Shown here: one piece after another, positions 41,101 to 56,059 of the stretch
Layout of the letters: every line of letters starts with the position of its first letter
Position numbering within the stretch: position 1 is the stretch's first letter
NCBI GenBank assembly: GCA_000708835.1
Contig: DF237007.1
Span: 197,291-261,290 of the forward strand
Source of the DNA: Klebsormidium nitens
Taxonomy: Eukaryota > Plantae > Klebsormidiophyceae
Direction of reading: 5' to 3'
Length of the DNA stretch: 64,000 nucleotides
The notes under the pieces: model-generated
The model's database searches: none
Told to the model about the DNA's origin: nothing
The model's input: only the letters and a program-made list of their open reading frames with translations
Made by a program: the position numbers and the translations under genes

Positions 41101-43516
41101 AGAAGAGATCACGAAAGGGGATTTGCTGCCGGGGGATCCCTCCGAAGCCCAGTCCCCACCCCCGCCAATCAAGAGGCCCTGTGACAGCTCCTGGCGGCCG
41201 CTCAAAAGCTGGCACATTGTGAACGACGAAGTGGACGCCCTGATGGAACAGGGCCTTCCGTCGGGGCTGCGAAAGACGCTGCTGCCGTTCCAGCGGGAGG
41301 GGGTGCGGTACAGCCTGCGCAGGGGGGGGCGCTGCCTGATAGCAGACGAAATGGGGGTGTGGAAGACAATACAGGTGGGGGAGAATATGGACCTTACTGC
41401 GGCTGTTGGTAACCGCTGGATTGTGCAAAGATGATCTGCTGAACATCATTGCTTTTCAGTTGCAGCTTTTGCGGATCTGAGTCGTCCTCTGGATTTTCGT
41501 TTTGAGCCGCTCCAAACTTGGTGCAGATAGTCTCTCCGGTTCGAATGTTTCAAAAAACGACTGCCGTACTTTCGGCGCAGTTGCTGTGTTTTGCGGCAGG
41601 ACCTGATTGGTGTATGCACAAATTGAGTTTTGAATTCTGTCAAAAGCCGTGACGTCCAACCAGACCAGCCCACGAGTGCTCTCGCAAACCATTTTCAGAT
41701 CAGAATCTTTGGGTAGCGCAACCGAGCTTGTCCGAATCCGGGAAGCCAACTAAATCTGCATCTGCGCCTCCAACCACTTCATAACGCTGCACACTTACCA
41801 CTTGTTCAGGGCCGCAGGTAAGGAAGCTTCCCAGCCAATTGCCTGAAGCACTCGGAATTCATCCTGCTATTCTTGACTCTCGAGTCGCCAACCGAGTTGA
41901 TGATATCACTCCCCAGGGAATCACTATCGCCAGCTGTTACCGCGCCGAGTGGCCGCTCCTAGTTGTCGTTCCTGCCAGCATGCGGCTGCCCTGGGCGGAA
42001 GAACTAGAGCGGTGGCTTCCTTTCCTGGGCCCAAGGGACGTGCACCTCGTGTTCTCCTTCCAGAACGATCTGCAAGAAGGGGCGCCGTGCCCGAAGGTAA
42101 GCCGAATTGCTCAAAGCCAGAGTTGTCATTGAGATTCCGTACTGTACCGCACTTCAGGTCGTAGGTTTTTGCGGAGCGCACTGACTCCTTATGTACAACT
42201 CATTCCTGGATCGCCAGTGAAGTTACCTCGCTCGTTGTTATCAAAAGGCCTGGGTTTGTTGCTATCCTCAATCAACTCTTGACTGCAAACGTTCATTCTA
42301 GGGAATCGCGCTTTCTCCTTCGAAATGCCCCATTTTTGGGTCGAAGCTGCGTAAGGTGCGGCATAGAGAGTAATCTTTCGGCTAGATAGAAGAGTCAATT
42401 CTCTCGCCTGATATAATCACGTCAGCCTTGACGGAGTTGCGCAACCAGAAAGTGTCAAGATAGGTGCGTTCCGAGGTTTACTCGACAACGTTAGAGGCTC
42501 TTCGTCAAATTTCCCAAGCCCTTTCTTAATTGCAAACGGCTTGCATACGTCGGGCGTGATTTCACGTTAGAAACGACGCCTGCTCTGCTTTCTTTCCTGC
42601 TCATTCTCCTTCTCTTGCCCCGTTCTGCTCTCAATCCGTTCGCGAAGGCCTTGTAAACGGATGTGTTCAGAGACCCTTGCGTCTACTTGGGCAGGCGTTT
42701 GGAGTTTGAGGCCGTTTTCATTAGCACACAGCGAATCGATCTTGCGGCCCTAGGATCGCACGGCTCTTCATCCCACAGCTAACCTTCCCTTTTCTGACGC
42801 TACTCTCTTTACATCCTACCCCAGGTTGTTGTCATCTCGTATACGATGCTGCGCCGCCTGAAGCGGACGTTCGCCGCCCATAAGTGGGGCGTGCTTATCG
42901 TGGACGAGAGTCACAACCTGCGTACGACCAAGAACCTCAAAGAGACGGAGGAGAAAGAAACGGTCAAGGAGTTCCTGCAAAAGACGAAGCGAGCAATCCT
43001 GCTATACGGAACGCCGTCGCTTAGCAGGTTCGTCGGATCCATTCGCTTCGACAAACAGTCGCCTTCCCCTGCTTTCCTGCTTTTTGAGAGTCGGATTGCT
43101 GGACGAAAAATCCTTTCCGTCCTTTTGTTTAGAGATTTAAAAAGCCTAGTCTTTGCTTTTGTATCGCTGTCTGTTTTGGGTCTTGCCTTCCTTCTCGATT
43201 CGGTCCTTGCTTTGGCTGACCAAAAAGTCAGCTCCGCGTTTGAGCAGTCTCCATCCAACCCAATGTCCAGGAATCGCTGAAATTGCGGAACACAGCAGCT
43301 TCGACCGGCATCTTCTTGAGTTTCCAAAATCTCGAAGCCTCTCGATTTGCGCCTGTCTCCCCGCCTGTGCTTGTAGAAAGGCCGTTCCAAAAAGTCCAAC
43401 AGGGAAAACCACGTGTTGGTTGGCTCTGCTCGATACACTTTGCTTTTCTTCCAAACCGACAAGCTTCCGAAAGTAGCCAGAGCCTTAACCCATTTCGCTA
43501 ACCTAGCATTGGCTTA

Positions 43517-44135
43517 CAGGCCGGGTGACACCTTCATCGAGGTGGACGACCCGTGAACAACAGTCCCGTTCGGTATTCTGCTTGTTATCTTCGAGCGTCA
43601 ACCCTTTTCACGTACCTAACCCAACATGCCTAAATCTTTCCTCTCTTGCAGGCCGACTGACATTTTCCACCAGGCCGATGGTTTGTGAACCGGTCTGCTC
43701 GGCCGCAACAAATATTGTTCGCCAGATATGACTGCGAGCGCAATGTTTGCTTAACATTGCGAGAACCTTAACCATTCTTATAACCTAGTTCTAAATTCCG
43801 CAGGCCTTTCGACATCTTCTACCAGGCAGATGCTTTGTGGACCGGCCTTGCTCAGATTGCCTTCAAAGCGGCGACTTTCAGAAGCAGAACTTAACCCACA
43901 GGCGTTTGGTCAAGGAAATTGGTTAGTTTCATCCTCGCAGGTCATTCGACATTTTCCACCAGGCCGATCATTTGTGGACCGTTTGTACGATCAGCTGGGC
44001 TGGCTTTCTTTGAGTAGAAGGAAACTTTGAGTAGAAGGAAACTGTAACTCCTTAACCCAAAGGTTGGGCTCATTGCTCATGCCTTGACGGGGTCCGTAAC
44101 CCGGAAAAAAACCCCGGAATCCTCCTTTCTCGCAG
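43517..44135 (+). repeat. Decayed intronic copies of acceptor plus start of exon 4 in the ZRANB3 pseudogene
   Basis: CAG|G(C/T)C..(T)GACAT(T/C)TTC(C/T)ACCAGGC.GAT at ~43651, 43803 and 43940 versus the true acceptor at 44135. Confidence 0.8.
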
Positions 44136-47100
44136 GCCGTTCGACATCTTCCACCAGGCCGATGGTTTGTGGACCGGTTTGCTTGGCCGGAACAAGTACA
44201 CGTTCGCCAAGGCGTACTGCGACGTGCGCACGCTGCGGCGCGGGTGCGGCAACGTCGTCAAGGACTACTCCAAAGGAATCAGGCTGCATGAACTGCACGT
44301 GCTACTTGCGGAGACGATCATGGTGGGGAGAAATTCTGCTTGCTTGATCCAATCAGTGTCAGAATCTTAAGTAAAGGCGATTCTCAAGCTAAAAGCGCTT
44401 CTGTGCACAATGTTCTATCAATGGATAGAACATTGATAGAACGATTCGGTGAATCATTTTGGTGTTGAGGGTGAGACACTCGTGTTTTTTTGCAGTCAAT
44501 TCCCGCTATTGTCTCCCCAGAACTTCAACCTGGCAAGTCGCCAAACTGCTGAATTGCCAGTCGTTTGGTTGCAAAGTGTCATCTTTCGGAGCCGTCCAGC
44601 TTTTTGAAACTGCTAGGATCTACGTTGCCAACCACTACCAGGTTCTATATTGGGAATCTCACCATTTCACGACCTTTGTCCAATCGCGTCGTTCGTCCGT
44701 TGCTCAATCCCTGGAAGAATCCTTCTTAAGGCTTTTGAACCTGGAATTGGACCACCGAGTGTTGGAGGAAGCCAAAAACGACAGTCTTCGGACTCTTCCC
44801 CCAGGTCCGGCGGCTCAAATCGGATGTCCTGGATCAGCTCCCCCCGAAGCGGCGCCAGGTCATCCGGCTGAAACTAGAGGCGGGAGACATCAAGGACGCC
44901 AAGGAACGGACCGTGCAGTTGGCGGCTGAGCTGGCGGCGGCGGGGAAAGTGCGGGGGGGGAAGTTTGCGAGGATGGAAGCTGAGATGCTGGCGGGAGAAG
45001 AGAGCGAGGAGGGGGGCGAGGAAGAAGAGGCGCTGAGAAGGCTGGTGGAGGGGGGGGGGTAAGTCTGCCTTCCGTTCTTGGTTTCTTGGGGGCACGTTTG
45101 GAATCCTCTTTTAGGAGAAGAGTTGCTTACGAAGCTCTCTTTGGTGCTGGCGGAAGAGGACGAGCAGGGGGGGTTGGAAGAAGAGGTGCTGAGAAGGCTG
45201 GTGGAGGGGGGGGGTGAGTAAATCCGTTTCCACTTTTACTGGGGGGGTGATTCGTGGTCTGCTTCTTTTGGGAAGTTGCTCAGAAAACAAGCTGCGATGC
45301 TTGCGGAAAAGAAGCAAGCAGGGAGCTTGACTGACAAAAGGATCATTATGCTTCATTCTGGTGTTGCAACAGGAGGAACGCGGGGAGAGGGGAAATGGAG
45401 AGGCGGTGAAACGGAATGATTCAGGCCGGTCGGAGTGTTCGAGAGTGATTTGTAATATTCTGGGGGCAGCTTGGGCTTTTCATGTTCACCTCTCCGAGAC
45501 ACTCGGCATGGTCACTAACTCATTCGACTGCGCGTCAAGAAGTTCTGGTGGGCAGAGGTCTCACTTTTGGCTCCGAACATGGTGCCTAGTGACTGCTTTA
45601 TACCATGCACTACCTGCTTAGCGCTCACTTGCCGCTTATGCCGCTGCAGACGTCAGCGGAAAGGAAGACGGGGGCCTGACTTACCAACAGATTGGCCTTG
45701 CGAAGCTCCGGGGGGTGAGGGAGTGGCTGGGGAACAACGTGGGTCTTACCCCCCAGAAAGAGGAAGGGGCAGAAGACGTACCCAAAATGATCATCTTCGC
45801 TCACCACATCGAGCTGCTCGACCGGATCGAGGTACGAGGCCCTAAATACCTGCATTTGAGCGTGACGTCCTTCTTGATCAGCTGTTTACTAATTTGTCTT
45901 GTCTGATGTTGGATGTGATTATCTTTTCTTCTTTCGAGTTGGAGATCGAGAAGGATGCTTGACTACCTTTTGAAACATCCTCAAACACTTTTGGTTGTTG
46001 TTTGCTGAACCCCACTGGTGACTCGGCGCATGTCGGAGCCTTTGCAGAGGTGTATTGCTCTGAGCTGTTGTCCTTGATACGTGAGCTACGTATTTCGAGC
46101 CTGTGTTGACACCATTACAATGATATAACCCGATGCCGAGAGCCCATCAAAGTTAGAGTTGTTAAATCACTGTCCCGATGACAGCAGAGCTGTCTGAAAG
46201 GTGGGATGCAGGATCGGAGCATGGATATTTCCGTTGCGCCCCCTTTTCCAGAAAGCTTTGCTGATGCGTACTCTGAACCTTGAAGAAGTGGTGACAACTT
46301 TTCTTTTCTGTTTGCAGCGCTACGTGCATGACTGCGGCGTTGATTACGTCAGATTTGACGGCAGCACCCTCGGCCGCGACCGGCAAGCTGCGGTCCAGGA
46401 TTTCAAGCACCGGGACGAGATCCGAGTAGCCATTGTGGGCGTGACAGCTGGCGGCGTCGGATTGGACTTCAGCGCCGCGCAGACAGTCGTCTTTGCGGAG
46501 CTGCCCACGTCATCTGCTGACCTCATGCACGTGAGCACGGGGTGGGGGTAGATTGAATCCGGGATCCGCACTGCGCAGGATTCGAAACAAGGGGTTCTAA
46601 ACGCGCATGTTCAAGCCAGGAACATCCAAGCCCCCCGAAGCGTGATGAAAGTACGCAGAGTAATGAAAGAGAAGGACACTATTTGGTCTGTTCTCCTTAC
46701 CTTTAAGCACAACGATAAATAAAGTCGTCAATCGAGGTTCATATCGATTTCGAAGACCGATACAAATGAGGATCCTAGACCCAAACTATGCTGACGCAGG
46801 CTGAGGATCGCGCTCCAAAGTTCCGTAGACAAGCACTTGGTCTGCAAACAGTCCCGAACTCTCAGTCCATCCGGGAGATGACAAAGCCTCACATAGCCAG
46901 TCAACTTGCTTGACATTGATTCTTGTTCCACCCGTTGTTGACACAGGCCAAGGATCGTGCTCACCGGCGGGGCCAGTCTAGTGCCGTCAACGTGTACCTG
47001 TTCTGCGCCAAGGACACAGGCGACGAAACCAGCTGGATGCGGTTAAGCGAGTCGTTGGAGCGGGTCACCACCGTGGTTAACGGGTCCGAAAACGCGGTTA

Positions 47101-48959
47101 GGGGGATCCACGTGGACGCAATTGAGGACAAAGCGTCCGGGCAAAAGTTTCGGATGGAAAACGCGGAAACCGAGGACTGGGGCGCGACGCAGTGGGAAGG
47201 GGGGGTGGGGATTGGATGCGAAATGGGACCCCCCGGAGTGGAGGAGGAGACCTGGGAAAGAAGGATGGCGAGGAAGGGGCGGATAACGGAATTGAGAAAG
47301 TGGAAGAGCCGGGGGTTGGAATGGAGGCGGAAATTGACCCCCGCGGGAACGGAAAGGTTGTGAGCGAGAGAGAAGAAACGAGTGCGAAGCCGCATAGAGA
47401 GGCGGGGGCGGATTGGGAGAAAAACAGTGGGGCTGCGTTGGACGGCAAAGGCCCTTCCTGTGCTGCTGAATAGACGGCGGTGAAACCGAGATGCGGAACG
47501 CAGCCGAAGGGAAAGAGAGGGCGTCAGACGGGGTGCGCATTCTTACCCCCCCGGGGGTCCGCAGGCGGAGCGGCTTCCCTGACAACGGTACCCCCCCGGA
47601 AGAAAGACGGGGCGGAAAACGCGCCCGGAAGAGCCTCTTCGCGTCCTCTCAGGGGCCCGTCTTCGACGTTTTCACTCGCGCCGGGGGGGACGCGAAGGCT
47701 GTGGAAAAAGGGGGGGAGGACGATGGGGGTGTGCCGGTGGGAAAGCTGCTGTTTGAGATCAGTCCAAACACGGGGCGAGTGCATCTGTACCGGGGGGGTA
47801 AAAGTAGGGCGTCTGGAGGAGGGGGCGCGGAGTTGCTGGCGCTCAACTTTCCAAGGGAGGAGTTGGCAAAGCTGAAGACGGAAGAGGACGTCAGGTACGG
47901 CCGCTACTAGTTGTAAGATTCAAGAGTTCATGCGTATGAGTAAGAACCCTGGAGTTAAAAGTGTTGGACCGTTGAAGCTCGACAGTTGGGCTCCTGAAAG
48001 CGAGGATGAATCTGTCAGATCCTTGGTATGCTATTGAGAGCTCAAACTCGGACATACAGATGAAATTGCTCCGTCCGGCCCGTTCCATTATCTTTTGGAA
48101 ACTGCAAGTTTGATTCTTCGATATTGCAAGGGCTGTGTTGACCTGCGCAGCTCTTCTCGTTTGCGGACCCCTTCCAGAAGGCTCGATTGGAAGCTCTTTG
48201 CTCTTGTCTACGCAGCTCAATAAATATCAAGGCCTGAAAGATACGTGCTTCTCAGACCGGACCAGCACTTAGTAAGCGTAAGCTTTTGGATTGGCTTCTC
48301 CGATCATAACGGGTACCAGTCAGAGCAAATTGTTCATTTGCACCAAAGGCCCCTTCCCAGACTCCTGCCCATCGGCGCGCCGCCCGCAAATCACTCGTCG
48401 TTACAGCAGTTCTTTTGACCTGCATCGATCACGACTGCTCTCAACGCGCCTTGCCGACGAGTCAGTACGAAGCGCTTTGCTGACTCTCACCATAACCTCG
48501 ACTATTCCTTGCAGATCTTACTAGGGGCCCCTCCCGAAACTCCTGCTGACGTGCGCCGCCCACCTGCGCGCCGCCCGCCAGTTCCTGGACGAGTGGACCA
48601 AGCTGCGTCCGATTCTTCGGTCGACGCTCCAGGGAATGCCCCTCAAAGCACCGCTTGAGCTGGAGCTTGAGAAAGTCCGGGGAGGAGCGACGGGGGTGAG
48701 AAGCGACTATCTCTATATTTCAGGATCTTGCTTAACCAGGCCAGCCTGGACTGAGTAGCCTCGAGTTTATGTTGAGTTACGGCTATGTTGGATTAGTTTA
48801 TGCCCGGGGGACGGGTGGCGTTTTGGGGGTTTAGGGTGGAGGGGTTGCAAAGCATGTCAATTCTGGGTCTAGGTTTGATAGTTTGTTTGAGCCCGGGGAC
48901 TTTATCTAATCCAAACTCAGAATCGACTCGGACTCCCGTTGGAAGTGTTAGGGTCAGGT

Positions 48960-49630
48960 TTTTTAAAGCGACTCCAGAGACCGCCCCTGAAAGCACCGCT
49001 CGAATTGGAGATGGACAAAATCAGGATGTCGTGACTGGTGTAAGGAAAGTGTTGAACTTTTGTTACTGGGCTGGAGGGTTTACCGTTGGGTTTCTCATCG
49101 TGCCTCCAGGGGGCCAGGGAATGGCGCTCAAAACATCGCTTGAATTGGTTCTGGACAAAGTCAGGGGGGATGGGACGGGGGTTAGTCTCTGATTGAGGCA
49201 TTCAAGCTTTCAACCAAGCTTTTCTAGGGCTGACATATACAGGGTCGCATCCTTTAGACCGGACTTCAGAAGGTGCCGCTCAAAGCATCGCTTCAACTTC
49301 AGCTCGACCATTTTAGGGGGGCCGCGCGACGGGGGTAAGACGTGTTCATTTTTTAGTTCAGGATTTACGTTCACAGTTTTGGTGCCGGACGAGGCCAGAC
49401 GCCGCCCTCTGGCATTCTGCTCATCCAAGAAACTTGATTCTGAAACCAACTATTTGGTGAACATACACGACTGCCGCTGACCTGGGCGTGACGTCAGCAT
49501 TCAGGGGTTGAGGACGAGTTTCTCAATGCCTGTAGGGACATCCAAAATGGTCGCTCACGTCAGCGTGACGTCATCCGCAGGGCCTGCGGGCCGGCGGGAG
49601 CAAGAAGCGCGTGGCGGCGCAGGACGAGGC
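48960..49630 (+). repeat. Intronic copies of exon 9 end plus donor (x3) and of acceptor plus exon 10 start (x2)
   Basis: Donor copies with GT at ~49040, 49181 and 49335 (true donor 48696). Acceptor copies at ~49504 and 49580 (true acceptor 49734). Confidence 0.75.
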
Positions 49631-52600
49631 GGGCCCCTCCGCTCTTCACATTTCTAGCAATCTCAGCCCAAAAGCCGCATGATTCCTTGGCATCTCGAAG
49701 ATTGTCGCTGACATCAGCATGACGTCATTTGCAGGGCCTGAGGCTGGGAGGGAGCAAGAATCGTGTGGCGGCGCGGGACGAGGTTCGTGAGCCGCTGCCG
49801 GCGGGCGCAAGCGTGCGCGGGGTGGAGTGGAGGTCGATCTTCGGGGAGCCGCAGAAGAGCAGCCAGGGGTTGGACGAGGACGGGAATCCGCTGTGCAAGA
49901 TGTGCCAGAAGATCTGCAGGTGAGGGAAAGGCAGCTTGTTTGAAGCCGAAATGCATATTGTAGAAGGAGCGAGTGAAGGGTCTGGTAGAAGTGCTTGGAT
50001 ATTTGCTTACAGTCGATTTGAATTACTCTTCCCAAAGTACTGCCAGCTGTTGTGAAACATGGACGGCCAGGTTGGACTTTCTCGGGTTCGATTGGAGTCA
50101 TTTCTCTCAAAGATGAAGTACTCGTGTGTGCCACTTGAGAACCTTGGTGCAGAACAAGAACCGTCAAGGCTGCAAGGACGAAACGTTCAATCAGATTTGC
50201 ACTAACGGTCTCCAGAAAGCACCGCTCAAACATCATACCCGGTTTCTCCACTTACGGCAAAGCCATTCCTAAAGCTGAAGCCCCTGTATGTGTGCACGAG
50301 GCCGACACTCACAGAACTCTATCTTACGTCTCGTGTCTCTAATTCAAGTAATATTCTTATGCGGTTTGGCTGCGGTTGCTGTGTCAAGTCAGCGTAGTCT
50401 TACGGTTTTGGTACAAATCCTAAGCTTTTCTTCACGGCTGACCCTTCGCATTCCTCCTCGTCGACGCTTTTCTGACAATAAGAACACCCGGAACGATCGG
50501 TTTTTTCTTGAAACGCAGGGGCCGCTTCGCCAAGTTCCCCAAGAAAATGGCCGACCTCTTTTGCACGCTGACCTGCGCGGATCAATACTCGACTCGCACG
50601 AGCAGCGCCCACAACCGGCGGCGGCTGTTCGAACTAGAGCGGGGGGTGTGCTCCATGTGCAACCTGGACTGCCACAAGATGGTGAGCTCCGGGGTTGTGA
50701 ATCGGGGGGGTAAAGCTTGAGGGTTTTGGGTTATAATGTCTTAGGTGGGGATGGGGGGGTGTAGATTGTCGAATGTCAGGTGTTAATGTTTGTACGCTTT
50801 GGCGAGCTGCGCCTTCTTCTTATCCGCTTTTCCTACATTACCTGTCTTCTTTTCATCTCATTCTCAATCACTGCCCTCATAAAAACTCAGGGGTCCACTC
50901 CGAAGGGCCTCTTAAAAGCACAGCATCGCACGGCCGTTGGTCCTTTTCCCCTCCGCTTTCCGTGCGTTACCTCTTTTGCATTTCTCTCAATCTCTAGCAG
51001 TCCCTTCGTCAAACTCCAAGTGATCATCTTTGTATGGCCCGTCCGACGGACCGCCTCCACTGTCTTCCTCATTTGTTATTTACCGTTCTTCTCTTCGACA
51101 CTCCGTTCTTTCCCTCGTTTGTTGTGCTTTTCCTCATTTCTTTTTGAGCTCTTTTCTCTTCGACAGTTTCTTAAAGCTCCCTTCATTTCAACCCAGGTGA
51201 CCACTCTGAAGGGCCTGTCTGACGCGCAGCGCCGCAAGTCCATTTTCGAGATGGCTCCCGCGTTCCTGGACTACCCCAAGAAACTAGACTATCTGCTGGC
51301 CAACTTTAACGAGGGCAACGCCTGGCACGCGGATCACATCGTTGCCGTCTACGAGGGCGGGGGTGAGCCGCAAACCGAAACCCTAGCCCAAAAAGCAAAA
51401 GCTCTAGTTCCAGCCCCTGAATCGTGTATTCTTGACTCTGAACCCTGAAGATTCATACCCAAGCCGAAACGTTGATTTCCAAGTGCTAGACGGACCCGTT
51501 TCTCGACTGGAAAAGACCAGAGTTAAAGTTGTATCTTGGCAGAGATGAGTGACATTTCTTTTGTCGTTGACCGAACTGCTCGGCAGCCTTAACCCGCAAA
51601 GATGCCCAAAGATCAAGCTTCAACGTCTGAAATTTGTGATTCATTGGTCGCTTTGTGGCAGATGAGTTTCGCTATCCTGCTCTATACCGAAGCCGCTGTA
51701 CTGCGGTGTCTGCTCTTCTGATACGAGACTCTTGGGTCCTTTTAGCCGTTGAATCCTTCAGATGCGTGCGGTATCAGCGTCTCCTGATTACTCTCACAAT
51801 CAGTGCTTATGCTAATGCTACTCCAATCCACGTCATACCGGGCCCTGGGCCCGATGTGAGTGCATCGCAAAGATCCGGCTGACAATGGTCTCCCCTGCCA
51901 CGCCAAAGTGACGTCACAGTCTGTTTGCTGACGTAACACTTCGCCTGACATCACTTTCGCCCCTTTTCCAGGCGAGTGCGACTTAGAGAACCTGCGCACG
52001 CTGTGCGTCCCCTGCCACGCCAAGGTGACGTCAGAGCAGACGAAGCGGCGCGCTAGTGAGGCGCGCCTGGCAAAGAACGACGACCCGAAGCAGCGGAAGC
52101 TCAGCTTCGTGCCACGTGTCAAGAAGAAGCGGCCCGCGGAGTTCGTCGACCTGGGGAGCGACGAGGTGCGGACACGTGGATATGGTGTCTCTTGCACAGC
52201 TGTGTTCCTCTCGGGAGCCAATGCATTCGCCACTAGTTTGAAAGGACTGGAGGATCACGATTGGCTCCGCCTCAGTTCGTTCTTATGGGACTTACGAGAC
52301 TTGGCTCGCCCCCGAGATGCCTTGTCTCGCCTCCTGCGGTCCTCGATCAGAAACGACAGAAAAGAGTCTCTAGACGCAAGCGCGCTCACAACGGGGTCCA
52401 TCCATCCATTTCAGCCTCTCTCAATGCTGGAATTCTCTAATGACTGCAGCGCAGGAAGCGTCTCCGCTCGCAAAAGGCCTCGTCTCGCCTCCTGAGAAAT
52501 CCAGACCACCAGAACGAACCGAAGGAGTCTCCGGATGCGATCGTGATTAAAGCAGGGGCCCATCCGTTCTAGCCATTTTCAATGCTGACAAATTTCTGTT

Positions 52601-53097
52601 GTTACATTGCAGAAGCGTCTCCGCCTGCGAAAGGCCCTGTCTCGCCTCCTTTGAAGTCCGGCCAGAACGAACGGAAGGACTCTCCGGAAGCGAGCGCGAA
52701 CCAATCGGGGCCCCCAGCGGCAGTCGGCCCGGAGGCCTCGTCTCCGGCCTCGTTGAACGGGAGCCGCAGCAGCGCCGAAGAGCTCCTGCAGTTTGACTTT
52801 CGGAAAACACGGCCCGAGAAGAAAACGCGCCGACCAAACGCGTGGAGTATGAAAGCGGGGCGAGGTGGGAAAGCGTTGGACGGCAGTCCGGTGGCTGATT
52901 TGGAGAGTGGCACGAATGCTTCCGACCGGTCTGAAAGCGAGGATCGGAATAAGGACACAGGTACGAAAGCGTGCGACCGGTCCGGCAGCGCTGAGCCTGG
53001 TTCGGACGGTTTTGATTTACGTCGAGCAGAGGAAAGGAGGGCAAGGGGAACGGTTCGGAGAAGGGGAGTGAGGAACCGTGGCGCCCGCTCCCCCTGA

Positions 53098-54069
<972 letters not shown>

Positions 54070-56059
54070 AAGACCATATTGCGCTGATTCACCTTTGGTT
54101 CACCTTTGGCTAAGAAGTGTCTGGGATAATTGTATAACAGAAAGGGTTGGGCAGAGCACTCGATTTGCAAGTCTTTGTGCAGAGCAGGGCTCGCGAAGGA
54201 GACCAAGAGTCTGCGTCCTGCCAGTTGATGACCTGCGAGCAACTTCGTAATAGTGCTCACTGTATGTCATATCTTTTCAGCACTTGAACGAAATTTTTGC
54301 GAACAAGAAGTTTCATGCTGAGTCTGAGGACAGACTCAACTCGGAATAAGATGTAAGGGTATGCACGAGGCTTTCAGAGATCATCACCCATGTGTAAGCT
54401 GCGCAGTGCATCTGTTCATCTCTGAGCGCTGAAATGCAACTTGGCAATTCTGCGGCTCACGTGCACCCGCCTCACTGAGGCTGCCAGGGCAACGTGTTGC
54501 CATTACCGGGCTGAAGTACTGCAAGGCGGCCACTTTGATTGCATGCATATTGTGCTCATGATAATTGCTCAGTCCTTGCAGCGTCCGCCCACTTGTAGCC
54601 AAATATTAGTGCCCTGGAGTACGGCCACGTTAGAGACAATATTGACACCTATCTCGTAACTTGTAACTTAAGTTAGCTGGAGGCGTACCAGCTGTCTTCC
54701 CTCCAACATCAATCAAGTCGATTCGACCACCAGCCCTTCCTTGGGCTCTGCTGTCAGCAGCCCGCTGCACTTTAATGCCACCTGTCCTCTATAGACAGGC
54801 GATCGCGGGCCGGGCGGCCGCGCCCTTGAACTCGTCAGGAGGGCCTATCATTGGCGGCCGCCATATATGGAGCTGTCAAGATCAGGGCATGCATATACTC
54901 GGAACATGCGCCGCGAGCGCGAGGCCCTTTAGATACCGCGAAAACCGCGTTGCTCGGCCCGTCCAAACCATTAGTATGCACGCAACCTGAACTAAGGGTA
55001 GTCGCATGCATGAATAAAAACGCATCCGCCGGTGATTCACTCCGGGTATCTCAGGTATTTTGCGTGCAGCAGTGACTGCATGACATATGCAACAACTCTC
55101 AGTGGATGAACATGCATGTAGCTAGACTACCAGCGAAACAATTGAGATATGTGCGACACTTCCTGCATGGATGCGTTTTTCTACTAACCTAGTCTTTCAA
55201 AACTCGGGACTGAGTCCAGCGGTTCCCGATCATTGCGACGAAACAGCCATGGGTGCCGCTGACAAATGGATATATGCAGGCTTTGTAGTATGGATTATTC
55301 ATCGACTATGGATGCACTGTTAATGCATCATGCTGCAATCCTTCATTGTGTTTCTCAGGACTCAAATTGAATGACTGCAAGCCTTCCACGCAAGATGTTA
55401 ATTGGAAAGTCAGGTATGCCCAGGGGCTTAAGCTTGACTGTCCAAGACAGCATTATTCATCGATCCTGGTCAGCATGCTGTGCACGTCTGATCAAGCACT
55501 AGTCAAATGTGTGTCATTGTCTCGTGGGTGATACTTTAGGAGGCCTCCTCTCTTCAACCGGACCTTGTTCCGACTCTAAAGGACGCCGTAGCGTTTCATG
55601 ACGACTGCTCGCTTCACCTTCCATGCGCTTACTCATCTCGAGCCAGTCGAAAAACTGCATCTAAGTCCCCCCAATAGATAGAGAGGCGTGTAATGTACAA
55701 TCGACCCGAAAAAAATTCAGGTCCCAAACCTTTGCAAGTTCGGACCCCCAACCGCTGCATTGGGCAGGCAACCACAGCGCTCGGTGGCGCTCGAGAACTT
55801 GGGTCGGCTCTCCCGAAAGACGGACTGGCAAGCCAGGAAATCAGGTATGTTAGAGGGGTGCTGACTCACTTGGGATCCATTTGACGCATAGAAAAAGTCG
55901 TGGACTTTGACGACACCAGAGTTCTCTCGGCACCACTTGAGAGAATTCAAGAGGACTTATCCTTGCAGAACTTTCCGCTCTCTCGAGGGGGCCACAAACA
56001 CTGCAATGTGATCTGGCGAACGCTGGAATAAGCTCACGGCTGTTGTTCCGTAGCTCACC

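Larger units (their letters stand above)
37283..51310. repeat. Right arm of an inverted segmental duplication whose left arm is <1-14557
   Basis: Collinear reverse-complement homology of all ZRANB3 exons, several introns, the intergenic region and the 282-aa gene. Confidence 0.92.
39267..53097 (+). pseudogene. ZRANB3: ZRANB3-like helicase-HNH pseudogene, copy 2
   Basis: Exons 39267-41374, 41917-42096, 42825-43027, 44136-44322, 44805-45058, 45650-45831, 46318-46530, 46947-47894, 48515-48695, 49735-49919, 50519-50681, 51197-51362, 51972-52165 and ~52613-53097. Lesions: TGA at 39570, three frameshifts in exon 1, +1 G at the end of exon 5, disruption in exon 8, TAG at 48522. HNH motif WHADHIVAVYEGGGECDLENLRTLCVPCHAKVT is intact. 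Confidence 0.9.

Noticed and set aside
44018-44442. 17-bp tandem repeat (~44018-44053) and 11-bp-stem palindrome (44409-44434)
   Set aside because: Isolated small intronic events with no supporting context.
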